Source: an uncultured archaeon (lineage in GTDB: Archaea > Iainarchaeota > Iainarchaeia > Iainarchaeales > JAAZKV01). Taken from it: 32,000 nucleotides of DNA. Made by a program: the position numbers and the translations under genes. The stretch lies in contig CAZKBG010000001.1 in NCBI GenBank assembly GCA_964551375.1, positions 1-32,000 on the forward strand. The letters are read 5' to 3'. Positions 7,738-17,171 of this stretch are shown piece after piece (position 1 is the stretch's first letter; every line of letters starts with the position of its first letter). The notes under the pieces were generated by a model. It was given only the letters and a program-made list of their open reading frames with translations. It did not search any database and was not told the origin of the DNA.

Positions 7738-8583
7738 TTAGAACTTTTTACTAAAATAAGGAATCAAATTCTCGCGGTATTTTTTATTTGCTCCAAAAGA
7801 ATCTGAAAGTTTTAAGTATTCCGATTTGATTGCATGAACTAGGGGAATTTCTTTTTTTGGAGAGTTAAACTCAAGTTCGTTTTTGATGCTGTCAAAAATT
7901 GCCGGATTAATCATAGCCCCTCTTCCAATCATTACTCCGCCAACGCCCATGCTTTTTAATTTTTGAACTTTCTTTGAGTTATTTATCCCGCCATTTGCAA
8001 TAATTTTACTTCCCCTCTCTTTAGCAGCATCCACGCATTCTGGGTAAATTGAATCATCCGCAGGCTCAATGCTCTTCTGCTCCGCGGTTTTGGCATGCAC
8101 TACAAAAAAATCAGCATCAATGGATTTGATTGAGTTAAGATACACTTTGTGGCTTTTCTCAAACGCATTAGTTCCAAGCCGAATTTTTAATGAAACAGGA
8201 TAATTATGCTTTTTTATAATTGAAACAAGCTTTTCGGTTTTGGCTATTCGCTTAACCATCGCAGCACCCCTTCCCTGTTCTATTACATTGCGGCTTGGGC
8301 AGCTCAAATTCAGGTTGAATCCTTTAAATCCGTCAAAAGGTTTGAATGTTGAAAGAAATTTTTCAATAGGCTCTTCGGTACCCGCAAGCATTTGGATTTG
8401 AACCGGAGTGCTGTCGCTGATTTTGATTTTTGCAAGCGTCGGCTTGTTCCTTCTAACAAATCCCTCAACCCTTGCCATTTCAGTAAAAGTCAAGTCAGCG
8501 CCGTGGCGAAAGCAAAGTGTCCTCATTGCATTGTCAGAATAATCCTCAAGAGGAGCGAGCATGAAAGAAAACATGCGCATCAC
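7738..8583 (-). CDS. dus: tRNA-dihydrouridine synthase family protein
   Basis: MLAPLEDYSDNAMR, GFNLNLSCPSRNVIEQGRGAAM, VSLKIRLG, HAKTAEQ, IIANGGI, GVGGVMIGRGAMINPAIF. Confidence 0.92.
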   Translation of the reverse strand: MMRMFSFMLAPLEDYSDNAMRTLCFRHGADLTFTEMARVEGFVRRNKPTLAKIKISDSTPVQIQMLAGTEEPIEKFLSTFKPFDGFKGFNLNLSCPSRNVIEQGRGAAMVKRIAKTEKLVSIIKKHNYPVSLKIRLGTNAFEKSHKVYLNSIKSIDADFFVVHAKTAEQKSIEPADDSIYPECVDAAKERGSKIIANGGINNSKKVQKLKSMGVGGVMIGRGAMINPAIFDSIKNELEFNSPKKEIPLVHAIKSEYLKLSDSFGANKKYRENLIPYFSKKF

Positions 8584-8768
8584 TGACCAATTATCCCAAA
8601 AATATATTTGTTCATTTCAGAAGAATTAATCCCAGAAACCCATTGCGCAAATATTCCTTTCATAAATAGGATACCTTGCTGCTTGAAAATAAAAGAGTTG
8701 CTGTTAGGTTAATTGGCGGGATAATTATTCTATAAAAAAAGTCTTTTGACAGTTATCAAAAAATGAGC

Positions 8769-11297
8769 TTATTTCTTATTTTCTCTTGACTTTTTTCTCT
8801 TAATTGCTTCAGTTACAAAGAATAATTTTTCAAAAGAAAATTCTTTTTCAAATTTGTGCCTTTCAAGCTCTTTTAGGATTTCTTCATCTTTTGGCTCTGC
8901 GATTTTAATATCCTCGCAGATTGTTTTCTTTAAAACTTCCCAGTCGCTGATTGCGCAAATTTCGCCTTCATTAGTTCCCATCAAAAACATTAATCTCTTG
9001 CAAAAAGTTTCATTAGGGGTTAATTTGATTATTACTTTTGGAGGCTCTTTTTCCTCTCTCCACCTGCTCAAGCCAAAATCTTCAGGGTAAGAGAATTTTC
9101 TTGCAAGCTGTTTAGTTAGGAAGATATCCTTTCCGATTGTGAGAAAGAACTTCTTTTCTTCGCTTGTAACATTCTTTGACAAATCCGCCAAATCAAGCTC
9201 ATCAAGGAATAATGACTGAAGGTCAAAGAAAGTTTTAGCAATCCTGTTCATTCCCACAATTCTTTCCTTAATTGCAGTAGCATCATTTGAGTGCGCTTTC
9301 TTGTGAGTTTGGAGTATTTTCTTTGAGGACTTAAGCGAAGTAAGGGCTTTTTGAAGCTGTTTTGATTTTGAGCAGAAATCATTAAGCTCTGCATTAATTG
9401 CTCTTCTAAGCATGTCCTGCTCTGAAAGGGAAAGAGTGGAATCTTCTTTAGCAATTCTCTCAAGCTCCCCGCCATACTTGATTTTGGTAATTATCTTGTG
9501 CTTTAATGCCTCTTTTACGAACAACTTTGTTCCTTCAAAATCAGTAAACTTTTTGCCTGCGAATTTCTTTTGAATTAAGAGAATGCTTTCAAGGTTTGCC
9601 TCAAGCATTTCTGCGGAAGAAAGAATTAATGAATGATTCTTTGAAAGCTCGTTTCTAAGCGGAGTGAAATCTATCTCGACAGGGGCTTTGTTCTCTTCAG
9701 TTTCATCCTTTTTGCTTTCTTTTGCAGACAAAACTTCCCCAATCTTTTTCTTAGGGACTTTTGCGGCAGCGTTCTTTGCTTCTTCTAATTGGTCAGCGTA
9801 AAACTTTCTCCAGTCCTTTAAGTTTTCTGGATAAACTCTCTTAAAGAAACGCATAATTGAGTCAAGGTCGTGGGGAATTTTTATTCTCTTAATATCCTCG
9901 TTTCTTTCATAAGCAGCTCCCTGAATTAAGAGTTCAGAAAGCGAGCCCTTCTCTTCCTTAAGGGATGCTCTATCTACAAAGTATAAATCCCCATTTTCAT
10001 CCGCGATTTTAATTACTGATTTAAAATAATTCGGCTCAATCTTTTCATCAGTCAAAAGCCTTGTGATAAGTTCAGAAGGGACATAATAGTAAAGCACCGC
10101 TTTTTTGTGGTCCTTATATGCCCTCAATAATCTTCCAACTTTTTGAACAAATGAGGTTGGGTTGTAAATTGGCGAAGCAATTATTCCATGAGAAGCGTAT
10201 GGAAAGTCAATTCCTTCTCCAAGCGTTCCAACAGAAATTAAAATATTAAATTTCCCTTCAGCAAACTGCCTCTTTAAATCATTAAAGTTATTTTTTGTGT
10301 TATAATTCTCTGATTTTGAATGGTAAGATTTTGAAACCTTCTCGCTGAATTTCTCCGCAAGCATCTGGTTCAATAAATCAGCTTTTTTGATTCTATTAAC
10401 AAAAACAAGAGTTTGAAGACTATTATCTTTTCCGATATTAAACTGCTCTTCAAGAAGCCTTTGTATTCCAATAAAATCAACATTTTTTGAAGTGAACACA
10501 TCAGGCTCTTCATCAGGATTTTGTTCATGCATTTTCTGGTGCTTTATGAACTCCTTATGCTCCATTTCAATTTCTTCATCAGGCAAAAAGTCGTCATAAG
10601 CGCTTTCAACCAAATCCACAGTAGCATCCTTTTCATTTTGGATTTTTTTGAAGAGTTGTTTGTTAACAGAGTAAAAAACAATTTTAATCACAGGGTCAAG
10701 AATTATTTTATCCGTAAGCGCCTGCGAGAATGAATAAGAATAAACAATTCCCCCAAGGTTGAAATCAGAATCCTTTCCCTTCTTTTTTGGAGTAGCGGAT
10801 AAGCCAAGTTTGTAAATAATAGGGTTGCTTGGGAATTTGTAATTTTCAGTAGTGTTGTGCATCTCATCAACGATTAAAAACCATTCATGCTCCTTCCACC
10901 CGCATTCGTTAAAGAACTGCTTAATCTGGTGGAAAGTTGAAATAAAAATTTTGTACTTTGAAATCTTGTCCTGCGCGCACACATACGCCCTTGACTCGTT
11001 ATTGCTTGAAACTTCATAAATTTCAGAGCGCTTAATGTTTGAATATTCAAGAGTAGCGTCTATCCACTGCTGGATAAGAGTGAGCCTTGGGCAAACAATT
11101 AGAACTTTAAGATTGGGATTTTCCTCGAGTTTTTGAGTAATCATTTTTAGGGCAAGTATTGTTTTCCCCGCGCCGGGCACAGCCTGAATGATGCCCTGCT
11201 TATGTTTTTCCCAAGTTTCGATGGCCTCATTTTGCCAGGCTCTTAATTGAGGCCCCTTATACAAGGAGTGCATTAGGACATATATCATAGCAAACAA
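8769..11297 (-). CDS. Superfamily 2 DNA/RNA helicase with a large uncharacterised C-terminal region
   Basis: QAVPGAGKTILAL (Walker A), LIVDEMHNT (DExH variant), LSATP, TLVFVNRIKKADLL, GTLGEGIDFPYA, QKVGRLLRAY. The last ~340 aa are unassigned. Confidence 0.85.
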   Translation of the reverse strand: MFAMIYVLMHSLYKGPQLRAWQNEAIETWEKHKQGIIQAVPGAGKTILALKMITQKLEENPNLKVLIVCPRLTLIQQWIDATLEYSNIKRSEIYEVSSNNESRAYVCAQDKISKYKIFISTFHQIKQFFNECGWKEHEWFLIVDEMHNTTENYKFPSNPIIYKLGLSATPKKKGKDSDFNLGGIVYSYSFSQALTDKIILDPVIKIVFYSVNKQLFKKIQNEKDATVDLVESAYDDFLPDEEIEMEHKEFIKHQKMHEQNPDEEPDVFTSKNVDFIGIQRLLEEQFNIGKDNSLQTLVFVNRIKKADLLNQMLAEKFSEKVSKSYHSKSENYNTKNNFNDLKRQFAEGKFNILISVGTLGEGIDFPYASHGIIASPIYNPTSFVQKVGRLLRAYKDHKKAVLYYYVPSELITRLLTDEKIEPNYFKSVIKIADENGDLYFVDRASLKEEKGSLSELLIQGAAYERNEDIKRIKIPHDLDSIMRFFKRVYPENLKDWRKFYADQLEEAKNAAAKVPKKKIGEVLSAKESKKDETEENKAPVEIDFTPLRNELSKNHSLILSSAEMLEANLESILLIQKKFAGKKFTDFEGTKLFVKEALKHKIITKIKYGGELERIAKEDSTLSLSEQDMLRRAINAELNDFCSKSKQLQKALTSLKSSKKILQTHKKAHSNDATAIKERIVGMNRIAKTFFDLQSLFLDELDLADLSKNVTSEEKKFFLTIGKDIFLTKQLARKFSYPEDFGLSRWREEKEPPKVIIKLTPNETFCKRLMFLMGTNEGEICAISDWEVLKKTICEDIKIAEPKDEEILKELERHKFEKEFSFEKLFFVTEAIKRKKSRENKK

Positions 11298-11387
11298 TTA
11301 TAATGATTGCTGAAAAAACTTTTCAAAATTCACACACTTTTTGAGGCAAAGTAAGTTTTATTAATTTTGAAAACCCTTGTTTTACCA

Positions 11388-12029
11388 ATGGCAAGAAGAA
11401 GAACTGGGTTTAATGGACTTAGGGCAAACGAAGCACTTCGAAAGCTTGGAAACGGCAAAAAAAGCGGGGTTGGAAAAATATCCGCTCAAAATAATCCTCC
11501 TTCTGCGCCTTCTTTTCCAAAAGAGCATGAAATTTTTGTTCACGGCAGAGCAATGCTTCCAATGGCAAGGTACGATCTTAGAGTAGCTGATGCTGAAGAA
11601 AGACTTGCTGCTGAAAGAAGATCAAAAGCCGAAGTTGAGGCAAATGCCCGCATTGCAAAAGAAACAAGAGAACGCGCCGAAGCTCAAAAAATTGAACACA
11701 CAAAGCATATGGACTTTAGCGATGCAAGAGCAGTTTTTCTAAAACAGCATGACGCAAAGAACGCTGAAATTAGAATTCCAGAAAAAACTCTTAATTTGAT
11801 GCTTAATTGGACTGAAGAGAAAAAAGGAGTTGTTAGGGTTGCGCTTGGAACTGAACTGCGAAAAAAAAGAAACCGCGCGGAATATATTGGAAAAGTTGCT
11901 TTAACTGATAGCGAGTTTAAAAGAGTGCTATCTGAAACTCTTGCTCAAAAGCATAACATTCCATTCAAAGTGGCAGTGGCGTTTTCAAACTGGTACTTTT
12001 GGGCAAGAAAACTTCCAAGACCAAAGTAA
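11388..12029 (+). CDS. Hypothetical basic protein
   Basis: Intact ORF; likely start MARRRTGFNG at 11388. Confidence 0.65.
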   Translation: MARRRTGFNGLRANEALRKLGNGKKSGVGKISAQNNPPSAPSFPKEHEIFVHGRAMLPMARYDLRVADAEERLAAERRSKAEVEANARIAKETRERAEAQKIEHTKHMDFSDARAVFLKQHDAKNAEIRIPEKTLNLMLNWTEEKKGVVRVALGTELRKKRNRAEYIGKVALTDSEFKRVLSETLAQKHNIPFKVAVAFSNWYFWARKLPRPK

Positions 12030-12117
12030 GTCTAATTTGTGGCAATTTTTAGGCAAATTTATAGAAATTTAGACACGCGTTAAAGTATTGACTTTTTTTA
12101 AGAAATATTCTCACCTT

Positions 12118-12247
12118 AGCCATGTTTAAAATTAGTTTTCGATGCAATTATGGCTGACAAAGGCAGAGCGCAAAAGTTTGGTATATTACTTGCACCGTTT
12201 AAATCGCCACTTTAGGCGGAATGCTAAGGAACTATTGCATGGTGGCT
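12118..12247 (+). ncRNA. Candidate structured RNA in a long intergenic region
   Basis: Pairable segments AGCCA (12118-12122)/TGGCT (12243-12247), ATGCAAT (12142-12148)/ATTGCAT (12234-12240), hairpin CGCC-ACTTTA-GGCG (12205-12218). A T-rich run follows. Confidence 0.25.
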
Positions 12248-12296
12248 TTGTTTTTTGTTAAAAGTATGTTAAGTTGTCAAAATTAAGGTGGTTGTG

Positions 12297-12449
12297 ATGA
12301 TAAATAATGAAGGATTTGTGTCTGAGTTGAGCTGTGACGAACTGTGTGTTCTGTCAAAGAAGAAAAGCATGGATAATAGTAAAAAAGGCGGAAAAATAAA
12401 TCGGCTTGTGAAAAATGAAATGAATCAGCGACTTTGCGACCCCTGTTAG
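12297..12449 (+). CDS. Candidate cysteine-containing microprotein (50 aa)
   Basis: MINNEGFVSELSCDELCVLSKKKSMDNSKKGGKINRLVKNEMNQRLCDPC preceded by aaggtgg; below the track length cutoff. Cys pairs CDELC and CDPC. Confidence 0.35.
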   Translation: MINNEGFVSELSCDELCVLSKKKSMDNSKKGGKINRLVKNEMNQRLCDPC

Positions 12450-12570
12450 TTTGGGGGTTGCTGTTTTAGTTCTGATTGAACGAATTTGATTTTGAATAAT
12501 GGATTTGATTTTGAATCAATGATATGAAAACGTATTCTTATAAGCGATTGCTTTTTTCAATGGTGATATG

Positions 12571-13386
12571 ATGCCTTCAACTAAAGTGCAAGAAAAGATA
12601 ATTGATGTAAATGGTCTTACAAAAACATTTGGCAAACTTGAGGCTGTGAAAAATATTTCCTTTAGCGTGAACAAGGGCGAGATTTTTGGTTTTTTAGGAC
12701 CCAACGGGGCTGGAAAATCCACTACTATAAAAATACTCACGACTTTGCTTCTCCCCGACAAGGGCAGAATAATTATGAATGGATTTAATCCAGTTGACAG
12801 CCCTGATAATGTGCGAAAAAGCTTTGGAATAATTTTTCAGGACCCAAGCATTGATGAAGATTTAACCGCTTACGAAAATATGGAGTTTCACGGCGTGCTT
12901 TATGATGTGGAAAAAAAAATCAGAAAGGAAAGAATTGAAGAACTTTTAAAGATGGCTGAACTTTGGGACAGAAAAGATGATTTTGTTAAAACTTTTTCCG
13001 GCGGAATGAAAAGAAGACTTGAAATTGCCCGCGGATTACTCCACCACCCAAAAATACTTTTCCTTGACGAGCCAACTATTGGACTTGATCCTCAAACACG
13101 AAACCATATTTGGGATTATATAAGAGAACTTAACAAACTTGAAGGAATCACTGTGTTTTTTACCACTCATTACATGGATGAAGCGGACAAGGTTGCGGAC
13201 AGGATTGCAATTGTGGATCACGGAAAAATAGTTGCGCAGGGGACAGCAAAACAGCTTAAAGAAAAAACAAAGAAAAGAAATCTTGAAGATGCTTTCATTG
13301 AATTAACAGGGCATGAAATAAGAGAGCAGGAAGCAAATGCGATTGATAACTTAAGAAATATGCGAAAAATGAGGTATGGGAAATAA
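12571..13386 (+). CDS. ABC transporter ATP-binding protein (ABC-2 / daunorubicin-resistance type)
   Basis: Walker A GPNGAGKST, signature FSGGMKRRLEIARGLLH, Walker B ILFLDEPTIGLDP, H-loop FFTTHYM. Confidence 0.95.
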   Translation: MPSTKVQEKIIDVNGLTKTFGKLEAVKNISFSVNKGEIFGFLGPNGAGKSTTIKILTTLLLPDKGRIIMNGFNPVDSPDNVRKSFGIIFQDPSIDEDLTAYENMEFHGVLYDVEKKIRKERIEELLKMAELWDRKDDFVKTFSGGMKRRLEIARGLLHHPKILFLDEPTIGLDPQTRNHIWDYIRELNKLEGITVFFTTHYMDEADKVADRIAIVDHGKIVAQGTAKQLKEKTKKRNLEDAFIELTGHEIREQEANAIDNLRNMRKMRYGK

Positions 13387-13419
13387 TTTTGAAAAGATAA
13401 ATGTTAATTTTAAGGATAA

Positions 13420-14178
13420 ATGATGATTATGAATTCACCAGTGTATATTTTATGGCTTAGGCAAGTGAAGAAGTACTTCCGCTCAAAAACAAGAATAGTT
13501 GGAGCTCTTGGACAGCCAATATTGTTCTTAATCGCGCTCGGATTTGGATTCGGAGCAATTTATGCAAAAGCAGGCGGAGGAAATTACTTGGAATTTTTGG
13601 CTCCGGGAATAATTGCCATGAGCATTTTGTTTACTGCGATGTTTTCAGGAATTGAAGTTATATTTGACAGGCAGTTTGGGTTCCTAAAAGAAACGCTGGT
13701 TGCTCCTGTGAACAGAACAAAAATAATGTTTGGAAGAACTCTTGGCGGAGCAAGCGTATCCACTTTTCAGGGAGTAATAGTTCTTGGAATAGCAATGCTG
13801 ATGGGTTTTACAATTTCAAATTTATGGATGCTTCCTATTGCTATACTATTCATGTTCCTAATCGCGCTCTTATTCACCGCGCTTGGAACAGCTCTTGCTT
13901 CAAGAATGGAGGATATGCAGGGATTTCAATTGATAATTAATTTTATCATAATGCCTTTATTTTTCCTCTCGAATGCTTTATTCCCTGTGGATAATCTGCC
14001 TGAGCCCCTAGCGCTTGTGACAAAATTAAATCCTTTAAGCTACGGCGTGGATGGAATACGTGGAGCGCTTACTGGAGCAACTCAATTCGGATTATTTATG
14101 GATTTTAGCGTGCTTCTTGTAATTGTCATTGTAATAATGCTGATTGGCAGCAGAATGTTCTCAAGAATACAACTTTAG
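13420..14178 (+). CDS. ABC-2 type permease
   Basis: About 6 TM helices, FGRTLGGASVSTFQGVIV, FPVDNLPEPLALVTKLNPLSYGVDGIRGAL; immediately downstream of the ATPase. Confidence 0.93.
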   Translation: MMIMNSPVYILWLRQVKKYFRSKTRIVGALGQPILFLIALGFGFGAIYAKAGGGNYLEFLAPGIIAMSILFTAMFSGIEVIFDRQFGFLKETLVAPVNRTKIMFGRTLGGASVSTFQGVIVLGIAMLMGFTISNLWMLPIAILFMFLIALLFTALGTALASRMEDMQGFQLIINFIIMPLFFLSNALFPVDNLPEPLALVTKLNPLSYGVDGIRGALTGATQFGLFMDFSVLLVIVIVIMLIGSRMFSRIQL

Positions 14179-14251
14179 ACAAAACCAGTTTTTTTTGATT
14201 CAAAAGTTTATAATAAATTATAATAAATATTGTTGCCTGTTATAATATTGC

Positions 14252-15613
14252 ATGCAAAATACACTTTCTGCAACTTTGCTTTTCATAATAGGGGCATTTG
14301 GGTTCATGCTATTTGCAGTTTCGCTTCAAGGCACAATGGAATCAGTTGGGTATTTTGGTCTTGACAGAAGCGATTTAATTTCTCCTGAATTTTTTAGTTT
14401 TCCTCAAAAAGAGGATGCTTGTTTAATGTGCGTTTCAAACGCCGCGCAAATAAGGCATTTTGAACTAAAAACAGAAAATACTCTTTATTCTGATGAAGAA
14501 AAATTTTACGGGCAATTATTTGAAGAAACTAAAGACGGGTTAGGCATTGTCAGTGAGGAAATTGGGCACAAAATTGGAGGCACTACAAGAAAAGCATGCA
14601 ATCCCCCAGTGATTAAACTTTATTTTGATGATTTGGATTTGAGTAAGGCGGGTGATGCTGGAAAATCATTTTTCTCAACCAAAACAAATCTAAATTATTC
14701 CGAAATTAGATTTACTTCCGAATGCGATTTATGGGAAGGGAAGTACGGCTCAGGAAATTTAATTAGAGAAGATTTTATTGCATGGCTGTTTAATTCATGG
14801 GGAGTTGCGACTCCGGAAACGATTGGATATGCAAAAGTTAAACTTGATTCATCTGATTCAAAAATCCGAAAAGGAATTGAGTACAATTATCTTATTCAGC
14901 AAAGAGAATTAAGCAGCGGGGATGAAATCCCTTTTTTAGTTCAACATAACTTTTCTGATTATTTGGAAGATAAAACCGCTAAAAAAGTTGATTTGCTTGC
15001 CTCAAATCCATTGGATAAAATTGTTTTCGAAAGAAAAGGGGATTGGGAGTCAATAAATATTGACTCAAATACTGCGATGAGATATGCTCTTCTGACAAGA
15101 TTTATCGGGCTTGAAGACAGGGGATTTTTTTACAATGAATCTTACGGGATGGTGAAAGATACAAATTTGTGGCAGCAAGTTCCTTCTGATTTTGACATGT
15201 CTTTTGAATGCAAATTCAACGCGCCAAAAGGAGTTAATTCACAAATACTTGGACTAAATGGGGGCAAGCTAAAAACCTCAAAAGAAAATTACGCTTCCTT
15301 TGTGAAAGAGCTTTTTGACAATCCAAAAAACCTAAGCAATATGCTTGTTTTCATTGACAAATTCCCCTTTGCCGACCAAAACAAAACAGAACTTCAAAAC
15401 TTCATAAAAATTAAGTTTTACTTATACGCGCTTTATTTTGCTTCAGATGAATTTGCGGATGAACTTGGAGTAAATAAATTGGATTTTGAAAACTTGCGGC
15501 TTTATCAAAAAGAGGCTCTTACAATCGGAAGCGATTCCAAACTAAAAACACTCTGCATAGATATTAATCCTCAAAAATATCTGATTTATGCAATAAATGG
15601 CAGGTTTGAATAA
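14252..15613 (+). CDS. Membrane-anchored/secreted protein with CotH-kinase-like features
   Basis: N-terminal hydrophobic anchor, then LIREDFIAWLFNSWGVATPETIGYAKVKLD...YLIQQRE and DTNLWQQVPSDFDMSF, resembling CotH motifs (R..la..lf..lGv / DxD). Confidence 0.5.
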   Translation: MQNTLSATLLFIIGAFGFMLFAVSLQGTMESVGYFGLDRSDLISPEFFSFPQKEDACLMCVSNAAQIRHFELKTENTLYSDEEKFYGQLFEETKDGLGIVSEEIGHKIGGTTRKACNPPVIKLYFDDLDLSKAGDAGKSFFSTKTNLNYSEIRFTSECDLWEGKYGSGNLIREDFIAWLFNSWGVATPETIGYAKVKLDSSDSKIRKGIEYNYLIQQRELSSGDEIPFLVQHNFSDYLEDKTAKKVDLLASNPLDKIVFERKGDWESINIDSNTAMRYALLTRFIGLEDRGFFYNESYGMVKDTNLWQQVPSDFDMSFECKFNAPKGVNSQILGLNGGKLKTSKENYASFVKELFDNPKNLSNMLVFIDKFPFADQNKTELQNFIKIKFYLYALYFASDEFADELGVNKLDFENLRLYQKEALTIGSDSKLKTLCIDINPQKYLIYAINGRFE

Positions 15614-15641
15614 AAAGCAAATTTGCTTTGAGTGATTTGTC

Positions 15642-16397
15642 TTATTTATTGAATTTCTTATTAACTTCAGGAAGAACCTCAATAATTAATTTTTTCACTT
15701 TCTCTGCGTTATCTTTCATGGTTTTCATTACTTCTTCAAAAGTAACTGCTTCTGCACCGTCTCTCCAGCAGTCATAATCAGTAATTAGGTTAATTACCTG
15801 ATAAGGGATTTTAGTTTCCTTTGCAAGGCAAACTTCAGGAACGGTAGTCATGTTAATCAAATCACAATTCCAGTTTCTAAATAACTCGCTCTCGGCTTTA
15901 GTGGAAAACCTTGGCCCCTCAATTGTGACAATAGTAGTTTCAGCGCTGAAATTAAGATTTAATTCATGGCACTTATTTACAAGCACTTCTCGCAGTTCTT
16001 TTGAGAACGGCTCGCCCATTGATTCATGAATAACATTTCCCTGCGTTGTAAAACTTGAATCCCTTTTAGTAGTCCTGTCAATGAACTGCGAAGGAAATGA
16101 TAAAGTTGCTGGCATTAAATCTTCTTTTAACGAACCGCACGCGCTAGTGGCAATAATTGCACTGCACTTTAATTCCTTAAGCGCAAAAATATTTGCTTTG
16201 TAAGGAACTGTGGTTGGAGAGTACTCATGCTTATATCCGTGTCTTGAAAGAAGCGCAACTTCTACTCCATTAATAGTTCCAACTTTGATTGGCGAATGAA
16301 CCCCATAAGGAGTGCTAATAGTAACTTCCTTTGATTCCTTCAAAATCTTTGGATCCTCAAGACCCGAACCGCCAATAATTCCAATCATAAAACTCAC
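15642..16397 (-). CDS. mtnP: 5'-methylthioadenosine phosphorylase / purine nucleoside phosphorylase family
   Basis: IGIIGGSGLEDP, LSRHGYKHEYSPTTVPYKANIFAL, ACGSL, FIDRTTKR, EGPRFSTKAESEL, NMTTVPEVCLAKE. GTG start at 16397 (alternative ATG at 16388). Confidence 0.92.
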   Translation of the reverse strand: MSFMIGIIGGSGLEDPKILKESKEVTISTPYGVHSPIKVGTINGVEVALLSRHGYKHEYSPTTVPYKANIFALKELKCSAIIATSACGSLKEDLMPATLSFPSQFIDRTTKRDSSFTTQGNVIHESMGEPFSKELREVLVNKCHELNLNFSAETTIVTIEGPRFSTKAESELFRNWNCDLINMTTVPEVCLAKETKIPYQVINLITDYDCWRDGAEAVTFEEVMKTMKDNAEKVKKLIIEVLPEVNKKFNK

Positions 16398-17158
16398 TTT
16401 CTCCTTGTTCTAATAAGCGCCTTTCTAGTACTAAATTTTATTGTGCCCGGTTTTGGATCTCTTTTTACTTGAAGTTTTCTTTTAGCCCTCTCTGCGCTAG
16501 CGAGTCTTTCAATGCTTTCTCTTCGATAAATTGATTCAAGCTTTTTTCCGCGTATTAAACCTTCGCCAAAGTGAATTCTAAGCCCGGTATCCATTATTCG
16601 GTTTTTTCTTTTCATCCTTCTCAAATCAGCAACTGCCAGTTCAAGCATTTGTGAAACTGAAACAAGAGTGTCATTTTTGCCTTTATTGAAGTAACGAACT
16701 GGATTTTTTGCAAGCGACTCAGTTTTTACTCCTTTGACAACAAGCCCTCTTTTCAAAAGCCTTTCTTCTCTTGCAAGCGCAAGCTCATCAAGATGAGGAA
16801 CAAGGAATGCTTCTCTTTGTCCTGTTTGTTTAAGATGCGCTTGGAATTTTTTTAATGCAAGAATCTCAAGACGAGTGCCTACTCCCCTGCCAAATTCTTC
16901 CGAAAGCTTAAACGGCTGCAAGTCAAAAGAATAAATTGGATTTTGAAACTTTCCTTCGCGCTGAAGCGAAAAACTAACATATCCCAAAGGAACTCCTTCC
17001 TTGAGAAATCCGCTTGAGCGAATTGTGCTTTTGATATTTGGACTTGTCAAGTAACTTGCATCTCCAGCCTTGCCGTTTGAAACAAAAAAGCTTACTTTAA
17101 ATCCGTGGCGGGCAGGAGTTCCTTCAGCCCTTATTCCACTTGGAGCCCAGTCAGACAT
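16394..17158 (-). CDS. Uncharacterised protein, possible GNAT-like N-acetyltransferase
   Basis: LGYVSFSLQ...YSFDLQPFKLSEEFGRGVGTRLEILALKKFQAHLKQTG resembles GNAT motif A; stop overlaps the mtnP start (GTGA). Confidence 0.55.
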   Translation of the reverse strand: MSDWAPSGIRAEGTPARHGFKVSFFVSNGKAGDASYLTSPNIKSTIRSSGFLKEGVPLGYVSFSLQREGKFQNPIYSFDLQPFKLSEEFGRGVGTRLEILALKKFQAHLKQTGQREAFLVPHLDELALAREERLLKRGLVVKGVKTESLAKNPVRYFNKGKNDTLVSVSQMLELAVADLRRMKRKNRIMDTGLRIHFGEGLIRGKKLESIYRRESIERLASAERAKRKLQVKRDPKPGTIKFSTRKALIRTRRK

Positions 17159-17171
17159 AAGTTATCACTTT

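Noticed and set aside
12294-12354. C/D-box-like sRNA (GTGATGA...CTGA...TGACGA...CTGT)
   Set aside because: The C-to-D' spacing is 21 nt, the final D box is imperfect, and the segment coincides with a plausible small ORF.
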